Below are positions 1-8,895 of a stretch of 64,000 nt of DNA, one piece after another. Where the stretch lies: the NCBI GenBank assembly GCA_002329465.1, contig DCTW01000004.1, forward strand, positions 66,933 to 130,932, written 5' to 3'. The number at the start of each line of letters is the position of its first letter. Position 1 is the stretch's first letter. The DNA is from Candidatus Woesebacteria bacterium UBA1430 (GTDB lineage: Bacteria; Patescibacteriota; Microgenomatia; UBA8517). A program made the position numbers and the translations under genes. The notes under the pieces are model-generated. The model saw nothing but the letters and a program-made list of their open reading frames with translations. It made no database searches and had not been told where the DNA came from.

Positions 1-526
1 TTCTTAAAACTTCGACCACTTGTAAAGCCCGGACATCACCGGGGAAAAGATAAGTATCGGGGAACAAATATCCCTCCATTCCGGCAGAAGCCTCCAAAAA
101 GCTCTCAACAAACTCTTCTGCGCGCTCTCCCTTAATGTCCAAGGATTCGATAAACAACATCGGGTACTGTTCACGCCTCAATCCTTCGGGAATAGTTACC
201 CAAAACTCACTTGGCCCGGATAAAAGTTCGTTTACAAGCCTAAAAAGAGAAAGATTATTCTTCAAATTAAACTCACCCGGGGGTATGCTTTTTGACAAAC
301 CTTTAAATTGTACATAAACCTTAAACGCCAATTTACTTTTAATTAAACCCTGATCATAAAGATCCTCGGCTATTTCTTCAGCCGAAGAACCCTTAACAAC
401 AACAAATCGTTTTTCAATAGGTTCTACACCCGGTGCTTCTGTAGCATTTGTCCACCAAAACACAAAACCACTAACAAATAAAACAAAAAATAAAATAACT
501 GTTATAAATAATTTAAGAAACTTCAT
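1..526 (-). CDS. mltG: Endolytic transglycosylase MltG (3' part outside window)
   Basis: Not in the ORF track. Manual translation from ATG at 526: MKFLKLFITVILFFVLFVSGFVFWW (TM), then FVVVKGSSAEEIAEDLYDQGLIKS, GEFNL, WVTIPEGLRREQ and EGYLFPDTY, the YceG/MltG signature. The frame runs off the window edge. Confidence 0.9.
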   Translation of the reverse strand, partial: MKFLKLFITVILFFVLFVSGFVFWWTNATEAPGVEPIEKRFVVVKGSSAEEIAEDLYDQGLIKSKLAFKVYVQFKGLSKSIPPGEFNLKNNLSLFRLVNELLSGPSEFWVTIPEGLRREQYPMLFIESLDIKGERAEEFVESFLEASAGMEGYLFPDTYLFPGDVRALQVVEVLR

Positions 527-719
527 CAAGAAGCGCCCTGCGATATGTTTTCTTTTTCTCATCAAAAATAAAAATCCTGCCGCATTTTTTGCAAGTAACC
601 TTTTTGTATCCCTTTTTAAAATTCTCCACCTTCCCTTTGCTAAGCTCACGCCCGCATCCTACACACTTTCCCTGGCTCAAAAGCCAAGCTTGAATTGGAG
701 CAATTACGCTTTTAATCAT
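513..719 (-). CDS. Small Zn-ribbon protein, function unknown
   Basis: CVGC...CKKC pairs; basic; lies between ruvX and mltG. The track starts at 740, but the ATG at 719 (MIKSVIAP) avoids overlap with ruvX. Confidence 0.7.
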   Translation of the reverse strand: MIKSVIAPIQAWLLSQGKCVGCGRELSKGKVENFKKGYKKVTCKKCGRIFIFDEKKKTYRRALLDEVS

Positions 720-726
720 AAATTTT

Positions 727-1116
727 CTAATTATAATCAAAAAACCTCTCCAAAATCAACGAGGCAGAATATGCATCCAAAAAATTTCTCCTTTTTTTCC
801 TACTCTTTCCGGCTTTAATAGCCTTATCCAAAGCCTCAACACTACTTAAAGTCTCATCAACAAGATGAACTTTTTTACCGCTTTTACGCTTTAGTAAATT
901 AGCAAACTCCCTTTGTTTCACACTCATCTCGCCCTCGGATACGCCCACCACAATCTCATCAATTTTTTTTTCTTTTATAATTCCTGTTATCTTTGCGATA
1001 AGCTCTAAATCATCTTTATGCTCCAACACGCAATAAGGCTCTCCAAACTTCCCAAAAGACAAAGCCACACCCGTTCTTTTCTTACCATAATCAATGCCCA
1101 AATAATTTCTCATCAT
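727..1116 (-). CDS. ruvX: YqgF/RuvX family resolvase-like nuclease
   Basis: LGIDYGKKRTGVA, IVVG, VDETLSS and LDAYSASLILE motifs; alaS...mltG context. Confidence 0.92.
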   Translation of the reverse strand: MMRNYLGIDYGKKRTGVALSFGKFGEPYCVLEHKDDLELIAKITGIIKEKKIDEIVVGVSEGEMSVKQREFANLLKRKSGKKVHLVDETLSSVEALDKAIKAGKSRKKRRNFLDAYSASLILERFFDYN

Positions 1117-1787
1117 ATCCTCTCGCCAAAAGGAACAACTCTTGCACGCACAATCAATCTTTTAGGACGAAGCGGATGCCCAGGCGGCACGCAGGTTACA
1201 AGCGTTAAAAACGAATCGCTTGTATTCTGCTCAAGTATCTGAATGTCAGTAGGCAGCACCTCAAACGAACTTTCCACTTTATATTCATAAGTAATCCCGT
1301 CATGTTCAATAAAAATAGAATCATTCTTCTTAATAGTAGGTAAGGTCGAAAATATTGTAAGATAATCCTCGGGATTAAAAAATTGCGGAAGCACCGAATG
1401 CCCAAATACCACGGCATTGCCACGCCTACCCGGATAAGCAGTGCCTGGATACTGTACCAACGACTTAGACAAATCCTCCCCGCCTATCGAAACAGTTGCA
1501 TTCTTTATGTCCAATGAAGGTATTGATAAAGTATAATATTTAGCACTTGCTTCATCAAAATTCGTTTCTTTCAAGGGCAACCAGTTGCTTGCTTTTGTAA
1601 AATCGACAGCTTGCCTGCTAGGTTCAAGGCCCTGTCCTTCAGGAACCGGAGACAAATAAGTAGGATATTTTAAACTACTTACTATCTCATAAGAAAAAAT
1701 AGGATATAAAACATAAAAAAGCAAACCAATCCCGGATAAAAAAGACACTATTCCCAAAAACCTTATTGACTTTTTCTTCATCTTCAA
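1113..1787 (-). CDS. Sortase (class D/E-like)
   Basis: N-terminal TM; PGRRGNAVVFGH (His), LTLVTC (Cys) and KRLIVRA (Arg) form the catalytic triad. Confidence 0.92.
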   Translation of the reverse strand: MKMKKKSIRFLGIVSFLSGIGLLFYVLYPIFSYEIVSSLKYPTYLSPVPEGQGLEPSRQAVDFTKASNWLPLKETNFDEASAKYYTLSIPSLDIKNATVSIGGEDLSKSLVQYPGTAYPGRRGNAVVFGHSVLPQFFNPEDYLTIFSTLPTIKKNDSIFIEHDGITYEYKVESSFEVLPTDIQILEQNTSDSFLTLVTCVPPGHPLRPKRLIVRARVVPFGERI

Positions 1788-3970
1788 ACATTTCTATCGG
1801 CTATTGTCTCTATATTTATATTCTTATGCATCCTTGGGATAACTCCAAAAATCCAAGGAAATTTGTACTTTACACTAATCTCGGAACGCGTAAACCCGGG
1901 TATCGTCTCCAAATATTCATTAACCCTATCAAAACTTTTACCGGCTATATTTTTCTTTATCTCATCAGGTTCCACTCGCGGAAGAAGATTTGCTTTAATA
2001 GTAACATCAAAATCCCAATAAGAAGACCCAGAGCCTTGAAAAGAATAACTTATATTAAGCTGTTCCTCTTTCAAAGTATATCCCTCAGGCACTTGAGACT
2101 CAAGCCGTCTTTTTGAGAGCTCATTCATAGCGCTCTTTGAAATTACCAGTCCTTCAAGCTTCAGAGTCATCAATAGCTCCACGCTCCCGCTCTCCTCTCC
2201 CACCTCGTGACTATACTCTTCTGACACAATTTCGTACTCAAAAGCCTCGTCCTCTTCAATAAAAATCTTATCTTTCCCTATTTGTCCACTAATTTTATCC
2301 ATACCCTGTTTTTTAAGCTCATCTATAAGATCCTCCTTTAACTTATCGATATCGTCTTGTGATACCGCCACAATATCTTTGCTCGAGCCACCGCTGAAAT
2401 CTTCTTTCGCCACAGCATCAACCTCGCTTTTGGGATAATTACCAACCGAAAAAGATTCGTCTTTTGCAAGATTGTATTCTGCGCCAATATCTTCTGCAGT
2501 AACATTTATATCATCAGTTCCGGGTGACGAGGGACTCTCGGCAGCAGAAACCGACGCCGACTCGTCCAAACTAAACTTTAGTTCTCCCGGGCCAACCAAA
2601 ACAGTCCCCTCAGAAAGCTTAATAGAGGATGAGGTTCCGTTTCTAACTATTACAACACCCTTTGCCTTATCGCCAACCGTCTTAGTCCCGCTTGCATCTT
2701 TTGTTTTTTCTCCGCTAACCTCAACGGTTACAATCTCGGCAGGCAACAAAAATTCATCATAATTAGCCTGAGCCAAATCCTTCTCAAAAGTAACGCCGAC
2801 ACTCTCTGAAAGAAGCTTTGGAGAAACAAAAACAACAACATTAGCCTTCGGCAAAAACCACCAAGCCGCAAAGAACCCTATAATACCCAAAACCAATACA
2901 ATAAATAAAATCCTGCCAAAACCTCCAAAAGGCAGCACCTTCCTAGGAAAACTTCGGAATCTTAAAACAGGTTTTCTAAACCTCGGCAAATGGATAAAAC
3001 CTGCAACTCTTTTTAAAAAACCCTTTTTCTTTTCAGGCACATACTCCTGCTCCGCACCCGCTTCTTCAGGCTCAACAGTTGTTTTTTTTATTTTCGATAC
3101 ATCACCACCAAAAACAAATCCTACATCCCGTGGATCAACCGAGTTTATTTCGGAAAAATTCATCTCATTGCTGCCTTCAACATCCTCCTCGGCTTGTAAA
3201 TTCTCATTCTCTTCATTTTCCGCTTTCGCAAGACCTTCTATCTCTCCGAATTCGGATGCTCCTGCAAGACAAACCGCTGTTAATTTTTTCTCTGGAGGAA
3301 ATATCTCAATCTTAGGAGTATGTAAAAATTTCACTTTACCCGCACTCTTTTCAGACCAATCTACATCAATAATAAGCTGCCTTGCTTCCTCAAGCTCGGC
3401 TTCTTTTCCATTGTAAATAATTATTCTTGAAGGAAAATTCTCGCCTGTATAAAACCTTGCAAGCCCCTCGATAACATCATCTGCAAAAGAAACACTTCTT
3501 CCGATATTTACAGTACCTGCAATATTTCCAAGCTTAAACAAAGTTACATCAAGCATTTCCTTGCCATAACCGATTACAATCCCGGAAAACGGTGTTCCCT
3601 CATCAAGCTTAATCGCATGAGAAATTGCCTCTGGTAAAACCACAAAACCCGATGGCTCCAAAGAAAGTTTCGAACACACCTCTTTTATCTTCTCCAAATA
3701 CTCTTTTTTAATCTGCCCATCAGAAACCCAAAAAGGAGCCACACCAAAAACAGTCTTACTTGGCTCAATCAATTCTTCTGGATAATTCTGTGAAGCGGAC
3801 GAAAGCGCTGAATTACATGCCTCAACAAGCTCGGTATCATCACCCCAGGCAACAGAAGAACTAGTAATCATTACTTTTGCCCGCCTTTCTTCTATTGTCC
3901 AAATTGCAGCTTGAACCCACCCTGGTTCAATTACAAGCGACCAATAATATTCTTGTTTTTTGCTATCCAT
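1784..3970 (-). CDS. Bitopic membrane protein: degenerate FtsA/PilM-like N-domain, TM, baseplate-J-like extracellular region
   Basis: N-terminal segments resemble actin-fold motifs (LSLEPSGFVVLPEAI, IVIGYGKEMLDVTLFKLG, RIIIYNG). One TM (ILFIVLVLGIIGFFAAWWFL). C-terminal GDKAKGVVIVRN...VTAEDIGAEYN...FSGGSS pattern typical of baseplate-J-like domains. Confidence 0.6.
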   Translation of the reverse strand: MDSKKQEYYWSLVIEPGWVQAAIWTIEERRAKVMITSSSVAWGDDTELVEACNSALSSASQNYPEELIEPSKTVFGVAPFWVSDGQIKKEYLEKIKEVCSKLSLEPSGFVVLPEAISHAIKLDEGTPFSGIVIGYGKEMLDVTLFKLGNIAGTVNIGRSVSFADDVIEGLARFYTGENFPSRIIIYNGKEAELEEARQLIIDVDWSEKSAGKVKFLHTPKIEIFPPEKKLTAVCLAGASEFGEIEGLAKAENEENENLQAEEDVEGSNEMNFSEINSVDPRDVGFVFGGDVSKIKKTTVEPEEAGAEQEYVPEKKKGFLKRVAGFIHLPRFRKPVLRFRSFPRKVLPFGGFGRILFIVLVLGIIGFFAAWWFLPKANVVVFVSPKLLSESVGVTFEKDLAQANYDEFLLPAEIVTVEVSGEKTKDASGTKTVGDKAKGVVIVRNGTSSSIKLSEGTVLVGPGELKFSLDESASVSAAESPSSPGTDDINVTAEDIGAEYNLAKDESFSVGNYPKSEVDAVAKEDFSGGSSKDIVAVSQDDIDKLKEDLIDELKKQGMDKISGQIGKDKIFIEEDEAFEYEIVSEEYSHEVGEESGSVELLMTLKLEGLVISKSAMNELSKRRLESQVPEGYTLKEEQLNISYSFQGSGSSYWDFDVTIKANLLPRVEPDEIKKNIAGKSFDRVNEYLETIPGFTRSEISVKYKFPWIFGVIPRMHKNINIETIADRNV

Positions 3971-3978
3971 GAGGTAAT

Positions 3979-5775
3979 TTATTCAATAGTAGCATATATC
4001 CTTCGTACTCCGTGAGAAACGGATTTTTCCTTAATAATTTTAACACGTCCGTCGATTTCCGAAAGCCTTTTAACATGAGGGCCGCCGCAAACCTCCTTTG
4101 AGAATACTTCTCCGCTTTTTTCATCTTCGATAAAATAAACCTTCACTACTTCACCATATTTATGCTTAAAAAAAGCCAAAGCACCCTGCTTTTGTGCCTT
4201 TTCAATAGGCATTAATTTACATCTCACTACAAGATTTTTATCAATCTGTTTATTAACCATTGCCTCAATTTTTTTTATCTGCTCATGGCTCAAGGCAGTC
4301 GGATAAGTAAAATCAAATCTCAACCGGCTCGGATTAATATTACTGCCTTTCTGAACTGCTTCCTTACCTAAAACCCTCCTCAAGGACTCGTGCAATAAAT
4401 GAGTAGCCGTATGAAGCTTTACGCTCTCCGCTTTTGAATCTGCCAACCCCCCTTTAAAAACTCCGGCACTCAAAGTCTTACTTTTCTCTTTATGTTCAGC
4501 AAGCATGCTATCAAAAGCGCTCCTTTCCAAATTCAAGCCCTTTTTTTCAAAAATCTCCTGCATCAATTCGAAAGGAAACCCAAAAGATTGATATAAATCA
4601 AATACCGTCTTCGCATCCACTCTTTCAAGCTTTTCAACTATTTTTAACCCTCGCGAAAGAGTTTTGGAAAACTTCTCAATCTCGACACGAATTATTTCAA
4701 CGACGTTTTCCTTTTTAGTCTCATCAAGAAGCACCCCCACATAAGTTTGGTAAACAGTTAACACAATATCCGAAAAAAGCTTAGTAACAAACAAATCCTG
4801 ATTAAGATTCATCCCCATCAAAGCCGCCCTTCTCAAAAGCCTCCTCATAACATATCCCTGAAGTTTATTAGAAGGAGTAATACCCGAATCCGCCAAAAAC
4901 ACGCACGCCCTTAAATGGTCTGCCATTATTCTCATCTCTCGAGAATTATCCCCATAACTTTTGCCGGAATACTTTTCAATAGCGTTAATAATTTTCTCAA
5001 AAACATCAATCTTAAATATATCCGGATTATTGTTGGAGGCAGCCGTCAACCTCTCAAGACCTCCTCCAAAATCTATATTCTTCTGCGGCAACTCTGAAAA
5101 AACTCCACCATCCCTTTTTAAATATTGCATAAAAACACTGTTTCCAATTTCAAGAAACCTGCCACAATTACATGCTGGATGGCACTCTCTCCCATACTTT
5201 GAATCGTGCTTAACTTCGTCAAACTCAAAAAAAACCTCACTATCCGGTCCTCCTATCTCCCCGACAGGCATATCATCTGGTTTTCCGGATCTGCTCCACC
5301 AATTATCTTTATAATAAAATATGCGCCGAGAAGGCACCCCAAGCTTACGCCACAAAAAATATGATGTCTCATCTTTCGGTATTTTTCCGTCACCCTCAAA
5401 CACACTAACCCATAGCTTCTCTTTAGGCAAATTAAGCTTTTTGGTCAAAAATTCCCAAAACCAAGAAAGCTGCTCTTCCTTAAAATAATCCCCCAATGAC
5501 CAGTTTCCAAGCATTTCAAAAAAGGTAGTATGCCTATTATCTCCAACCTCCTCAATATCCTGGGTACGCAATGAAGGTTGCGAATTCACAAGCCTTCTGC
5601 CCAAAGGATGCGCTTCACCCATAAGATAAGGAACTAAAGGCTGCATCCCCGACGATGTAAAAAGTGTAGTTGGATCATTTTCAATCACCAAAGGAAATGC
5701 GGATATTTCCTTGTGATTTCTGGGTGGAGCTTTAAAATAATTAAGATATAAAGCTCTTACCTCATCTACTTTCAT
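3979..5775 (-). CDS. alaS: Alanine--tRNA ligase, short form lacking C-Ala
   Basis: DPTTLFTSSGMQP, HTTFFEMLGNWS, IDFGGGLERL; editing motifs HTATH and CGGPH; ends at GVRRIYA. Confidence 0.97.
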   Translation of the reverse strand: MKVDEVRALYLNYFKAPPRNHKEISAFPLVIENDPTTLFTSSGMQPLVPYLMGEAHPLGRRLVNSQPSLRTQDIEEVGDNRHTTFFEMLGNWSLGDYFKEEQLSWFWEFLTKKLNLPKEKLWVSVFEGDGKIPKDETSYFLWRKLGVPSRRIFYYKDNWWSRSGKPDDMPVGEIGGPDSEVFFEFDEVKHDSKYGRECHPACNCGRFLEIGNSVFMQYLKRDGGVFSELPQKNIDFGGGLERLTAASNNNPDIFKIDVFEKIINAIEKYSGKSYGDNSREMRIMADHLRACVFLADSGITPSNKLQGYVMRRLLRRAALMGMNLNQDLFVTKLFSDIVLTVYQTYVGVLLDETKKENVVEIIRVEIEKFSKTLSRGLKIVEKLERVDAKTVFDLYQSFGFPFELMQEIFEKKGLNLERSAFDSMLAEHKEKSKTLSAGVFKGGLADSKAESVKLHTATHLLHESLRRVLGKEAVQKGSNINPSRLRFDFTYPTALSHEQIKKIEAMVNKQIDKNLVVRCKLMPIEKAQKQGALAFFKHKYGEVVKVYFIEDEKSGEVFSKEVCGGPHVKRLSEIDGRVKIIKEKSVSHGVRRIYATIE

Positions 5776-5788
5776 GCCAAATTATAAA

Positions 5789-6049
5789 CTATTCAACCAA
5801 ACTTTCATCCGAAACTCCATGCTGCTTCATTTTCTTATGTTTTTTTCTTCTAAACATCTCAACAATTCCGGTAAGTCTTCCCGGGCTGATCAACCCTCCA
5901 CCAAGTATCGCATCATCAAGAATGCTGTTTAATCTCTTAAGCGCCCTTCTCATATCGGCAATAATCAAAACAACCTGTATCCCCACAATTATCAAAAGCA
6001 AAGTAAGCGCAACCACAACTACTATTAAAACTGTTTGAATATCCCCCAT
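5789..6049 (-). CDS. Small membrane protein, unknown function
   Basis: N-terminal hydrophobic helix followed by an amphipathic segment; tightly packed in the operon. Confidence 0.7.
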   Translation of the reverse strand: MGDIQTVLIVVVVALTLLLIIVGIQVVLIIADMRRALKRLNSILDDAILGGGLISPGRLTGIVEMFRRKKHKKMKQHGVSDESLVE

Positions 6050-6051
6050 AG

Positions 6052-6678
6052 TTATTCTAAAACAACATCTATATTCCTTTCAGCCGAAACGGCTTTTCCC
6101 GTTCGCGAAACAGCCCTAACGTTTATTTTATCTGTATCCGGTGAAACCTCAACCTCTGTTTCAAAATTACCCTCATCGTCAACAAACGCAGGCTGATTAT
6201 TCACCACAACGCTTGATCCGGAATCTGTCTTTCCCGAAACCTTTACAACCCTTTGCACAATAATCTCACCTTCCTTTGGGGTATCTATCACAAGCTCCGG
6301 CGGCGAATTAAACCGCATATACTGAAACATCAAATAAAAAACTGCAGCGCTTACAATCAAAAATACTCCCAAAAAAAAGGTAAGTTTAGGGCTCCACCTA
6401 AAACCTCCGGTTGCATCTGGTTTAGGATTTACACTCTCATGCCCAGGTGGATAGTCTCGTCTCAAAAAAGCAGTCACCTTACCTTTATCAAGCTCGAACT
6501 GTGACGCTATGTTTTTTACAAAACCCATAGTAACAGCCATCTCGGGAAGCTTGTTCCAATCTTCATCTTCCAAAGCTTTTATAAATTCCTTTTTAATTTT
6601 TGTTTCCTCCGAAAGTCTATCAAGGCTTATCCCCTTTTTAATTCGAATTTCTTTTAAATATTTCCCTATTGTTTTCAT
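6052..6678 (-). CDS. RodZ-like protein (HTH, TM, Ig-like domain)
   Basis: IGKYLKEIR...LSEETKIKKEFIKALEDEDW...LP HTH; single TM; beta-rich C-terminus; directly downstream of ftsK. Confidence 0.75.
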   Translation of the reverse strand: MKTIGKYLKEIRIKKGISLDRLSEETKIKKEFIKALEDEDWNKLPEMAVTMGFVKNIASQFELDKGKVTAFLRRDYPPGHESVNPKPDATGGFRWSPKLTFFLGVFLIVSAAVFYLMFQYMRFNSPPELVIDTPKEGEIIVQRVVKVSGKTDSGSSVVVNNQPAFVDDEGNFETEVEVSPDTDKINVRAVSRTGKAVSAERNIDVVLE

Positions 6679-6693
6679 CTTTTATTCTGCCCT

Positions 6694-8847
6694 TTAAGAT
6701 ATACCGGATTCACCGGAAGAGCCAAATATCTCAGAAGGAGACTGAATAAGCACTTCCCTTGGCTTAGAAGCATCTGCAGCGCCCACAACACCCGCATCTT
6801 GAAGCTGGTCGATTATCCTGGCCGCTCTGGAATAGCCAATCGCAAGCCTTCTCTGAAGAAGAGAGGCAGAAGCTTTTTCATACTGGCAAACTATTTCAAC
6901 TGCCTCTTTAAAAAGCTCATCCACATCCCCATCTACACCGGATACAGACGTTGATCCGGGTTTTGGCATCGAAACCACCTCATCTGTGTATTGCGGACTA
7001 ATTCCTTGGTTTTTCAAAAAAGAAGTTAATGTCTGCGTATCTTTATCAGATATAAAAGCGCCTTGTATTCTTGTTGGCTTTGCCTGATCGGGAGCAAGAT
7101 AAAGCATATCTCCTCGCCCCAAAAGCTTTTCGGCTCCTTGTGTATCAAGAATAACTCTTGAATCAACCTGGCTCGACACGGCAAAAGCAATTCTACAAGG
7201 AATATTAGCTTTTATAAGTCCTGTTATTACATCAACCGAAGGCCTCTGTGTAGCAAGAACCATATGAATACCGGTAGCACGGCTCATCTGTGCAATCCTG
7301 GTAACAGAATCCTCTACCTCAACTGGCGAAAAAAGCATCACATCAGCAAGCTCATCAACAACCAAAACAATGTAAGGAAGAGCCTGAAATCCGCTCATTT
7401 CGTTATATCCGGCAATATTTCTCACGCCGGCTTGAGCAAAAAGCTTATATCTTCTATCCATTTCACTCAAAATCCAACGAAGCGCCGAAACAACCTTCTC
7501 GGGCTCAACAATTACAGGAGCAAGCATGTGTGGAATATCATTGTACCCTGTCAGCTCAACACGCTTTGGATCGACCAATATTAATTTAACCTCACTAGGG
7601 GATGCTCTAAAAAGAATGGATGACAAAAATGCGTTCAAACACACGCTCTTTCCCGAACCCGTCTGCCCGGCAATCAAAACATGAGGCATTTTTGAAATAT
7701 CGGCAGCTATAGGATTACCGGCAACATCAAGGCCCAAAGCAACAGTTAGCTTAGACTTATCACTATCCATTGCGCTTGAAGTCAACATCTTTTTCATAGG
7801 AACAAACTCGGGCGATCTATTCGGAAGTTCAATGCCCACCAAATTTCTTCCGGGTATCGGAGCCTCAATTCGTACCGTTCCTGTGGGAGCAGCCAAAGAA
7901 AGCGCCAAATCTCGCTCAAGAGCTGTAATTTTGGATAACTTTGTGCCCAAAGCCACTTCCAACGCATACTGAGTAACGGCCGGCCCCAAATTTACCTCTA
8001 CTACATTAGCCTTTATTCCAAAAGATCCCAAAGTCTCCTCTATTGTATCCGCGTTTCCTTTAATATCCCCCCTATCGGCCTTACCCGCTTGAGTATCGCT
8101 AAGCAAACTCAATGGCGGATGACTCCAAAGCCTCTCTTCCCCGGGCATATTACTAACAAGCTTCTGGCTAAGCTCATCGCTTCCTTTTTCTTTAACCTGC
8201 CTTACCTGAGTAGAATCAATAGATTTCTCATCCTGCTGGTTATAATTCTGCCCTCCACCCACAACCCTCAACTCACTTCTCCGCTTCTGGAAAACACTTT
8301 TACTACCAACCGAAGCGGTCCCGGGCTCACCCACCAAATACTTTCTCAAAAGCTTAAGAAATGACGCAAAAACAAGAAGAACTCTATCAAACGAAGTATT
8401 AAAAAGTATTATTATTCCTGTTAACGTAGTCCCCGCCAAAACAACTGCTGCACCGGGTGCTGTTATCAAAGTTACCACTCCGTCCCACGAAGACCGGCCA
8501 AAAAACCCCGCTCTGGTCAACGTAGCCACTGAAACAAAAAAAAGTATCGATCCGACTATCACATTCGGCTCGCCCAAAGGTACTCTTACGAGCTTTGTGA
8601 AAGAAAAGCCCAGTGACAACAATATAAAAGGTATAAAAATAGAAGACCAACCAAAATATAAAACCAAATAATCATTTAGCCTTACCAGTACATTTCCCTG
8701 CCTGGAAAAAGACACAAGAACCAAACCCGATAATGAAATAAGGCTGATCTGAATAATCCCCAAAGCAGTATGTTTTTTAAAAGGCAGTCTCAATTTTAGG
8801 CCTTTTGTTCTTTCGCTTTTTGTTTTTCTCTTTCGTCTTCTGGCCAT
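6694..8847 (-). CDS. ftsK: DNA translocase FtsK/SpoIIIE
   Basis: N-terminal TMs; PHVLIAGQTGSGKS, VVDELAD, ATQRPSVDVITG; gamma domain ASASLLQRRLAIGYSRAARIID. Confidence 0.97.
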   Translation of the reverse strand: MARRRKRKTKSERTKGLKLRLPFKKHTALGIIQISLISLSGLVLVSFSRQGNVLVRLNDYLVLYFGWSSIFIPFILLSLGFSFTKLVRVPLGEPNVIVGSILFFVSVATLTRAGFFGRSSWDGVVTLITAPGAAVVLAGTTLTGIIILFNTSFDRVLLVFASFLKLLRKYLVGEPGTASVGSKSVFQKRRSELRVVGGGQNYNQQDEKSIDSTQVRQVKEKGSDELSQKLVSNMPGEERLWSHPPLSLLSDTQAGKADRGDIKGNADTIEETLGSFGIKANVVEVNLGPAVTQYALEVALGTKLSKITALERDLALSLAAPTGTVRIEAPIPGRNLVGIELPNRSPEFVPMKKMLTSSAMDSDKSKLTVALGLDVAGNPIAADISKMPHVLIAGQTGSGKSVCLNAFLSSILFRASPSEVKLILVDPKRVELTGYNDIPHMLAPVIVEPEKVVSALRWILSEMDRRYKLFAQAGVRNIAGYNEMSGFQALPYIVLVVDELADVMLFSPVEVEDSVTRIAQMSRATGIHMVLATQRPSVDVITGLIKANIPCRIAFAVSSQVDSRVILDTQGAEKLLGRGDMLYLAPDQAKPTRIQGAFISDKDTQTLTSFLKNQGISPQYTDEVVSMPKPGSTSVSGVDGDVDELFKEAVEIVCQYEKASASLLQRRLAIGYSRAARIIDQLQDAGVVGAADASKPREVLIQSPSEIFGSSGESGIS

Positions 8848-8895
8848 TTATTAACTACCATTATAAACCAGGGTTTAAAAGCTTAAAAGTAAGGA

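Noticed and set aside
1784..3970. Prophage or contractile injection system suggested by the baseplate-J-like domain
   Set aside because: No sheath, tube, terminase, capsid or integrase genes; the gene sits in a housekeeping operon and has a TM anchor.
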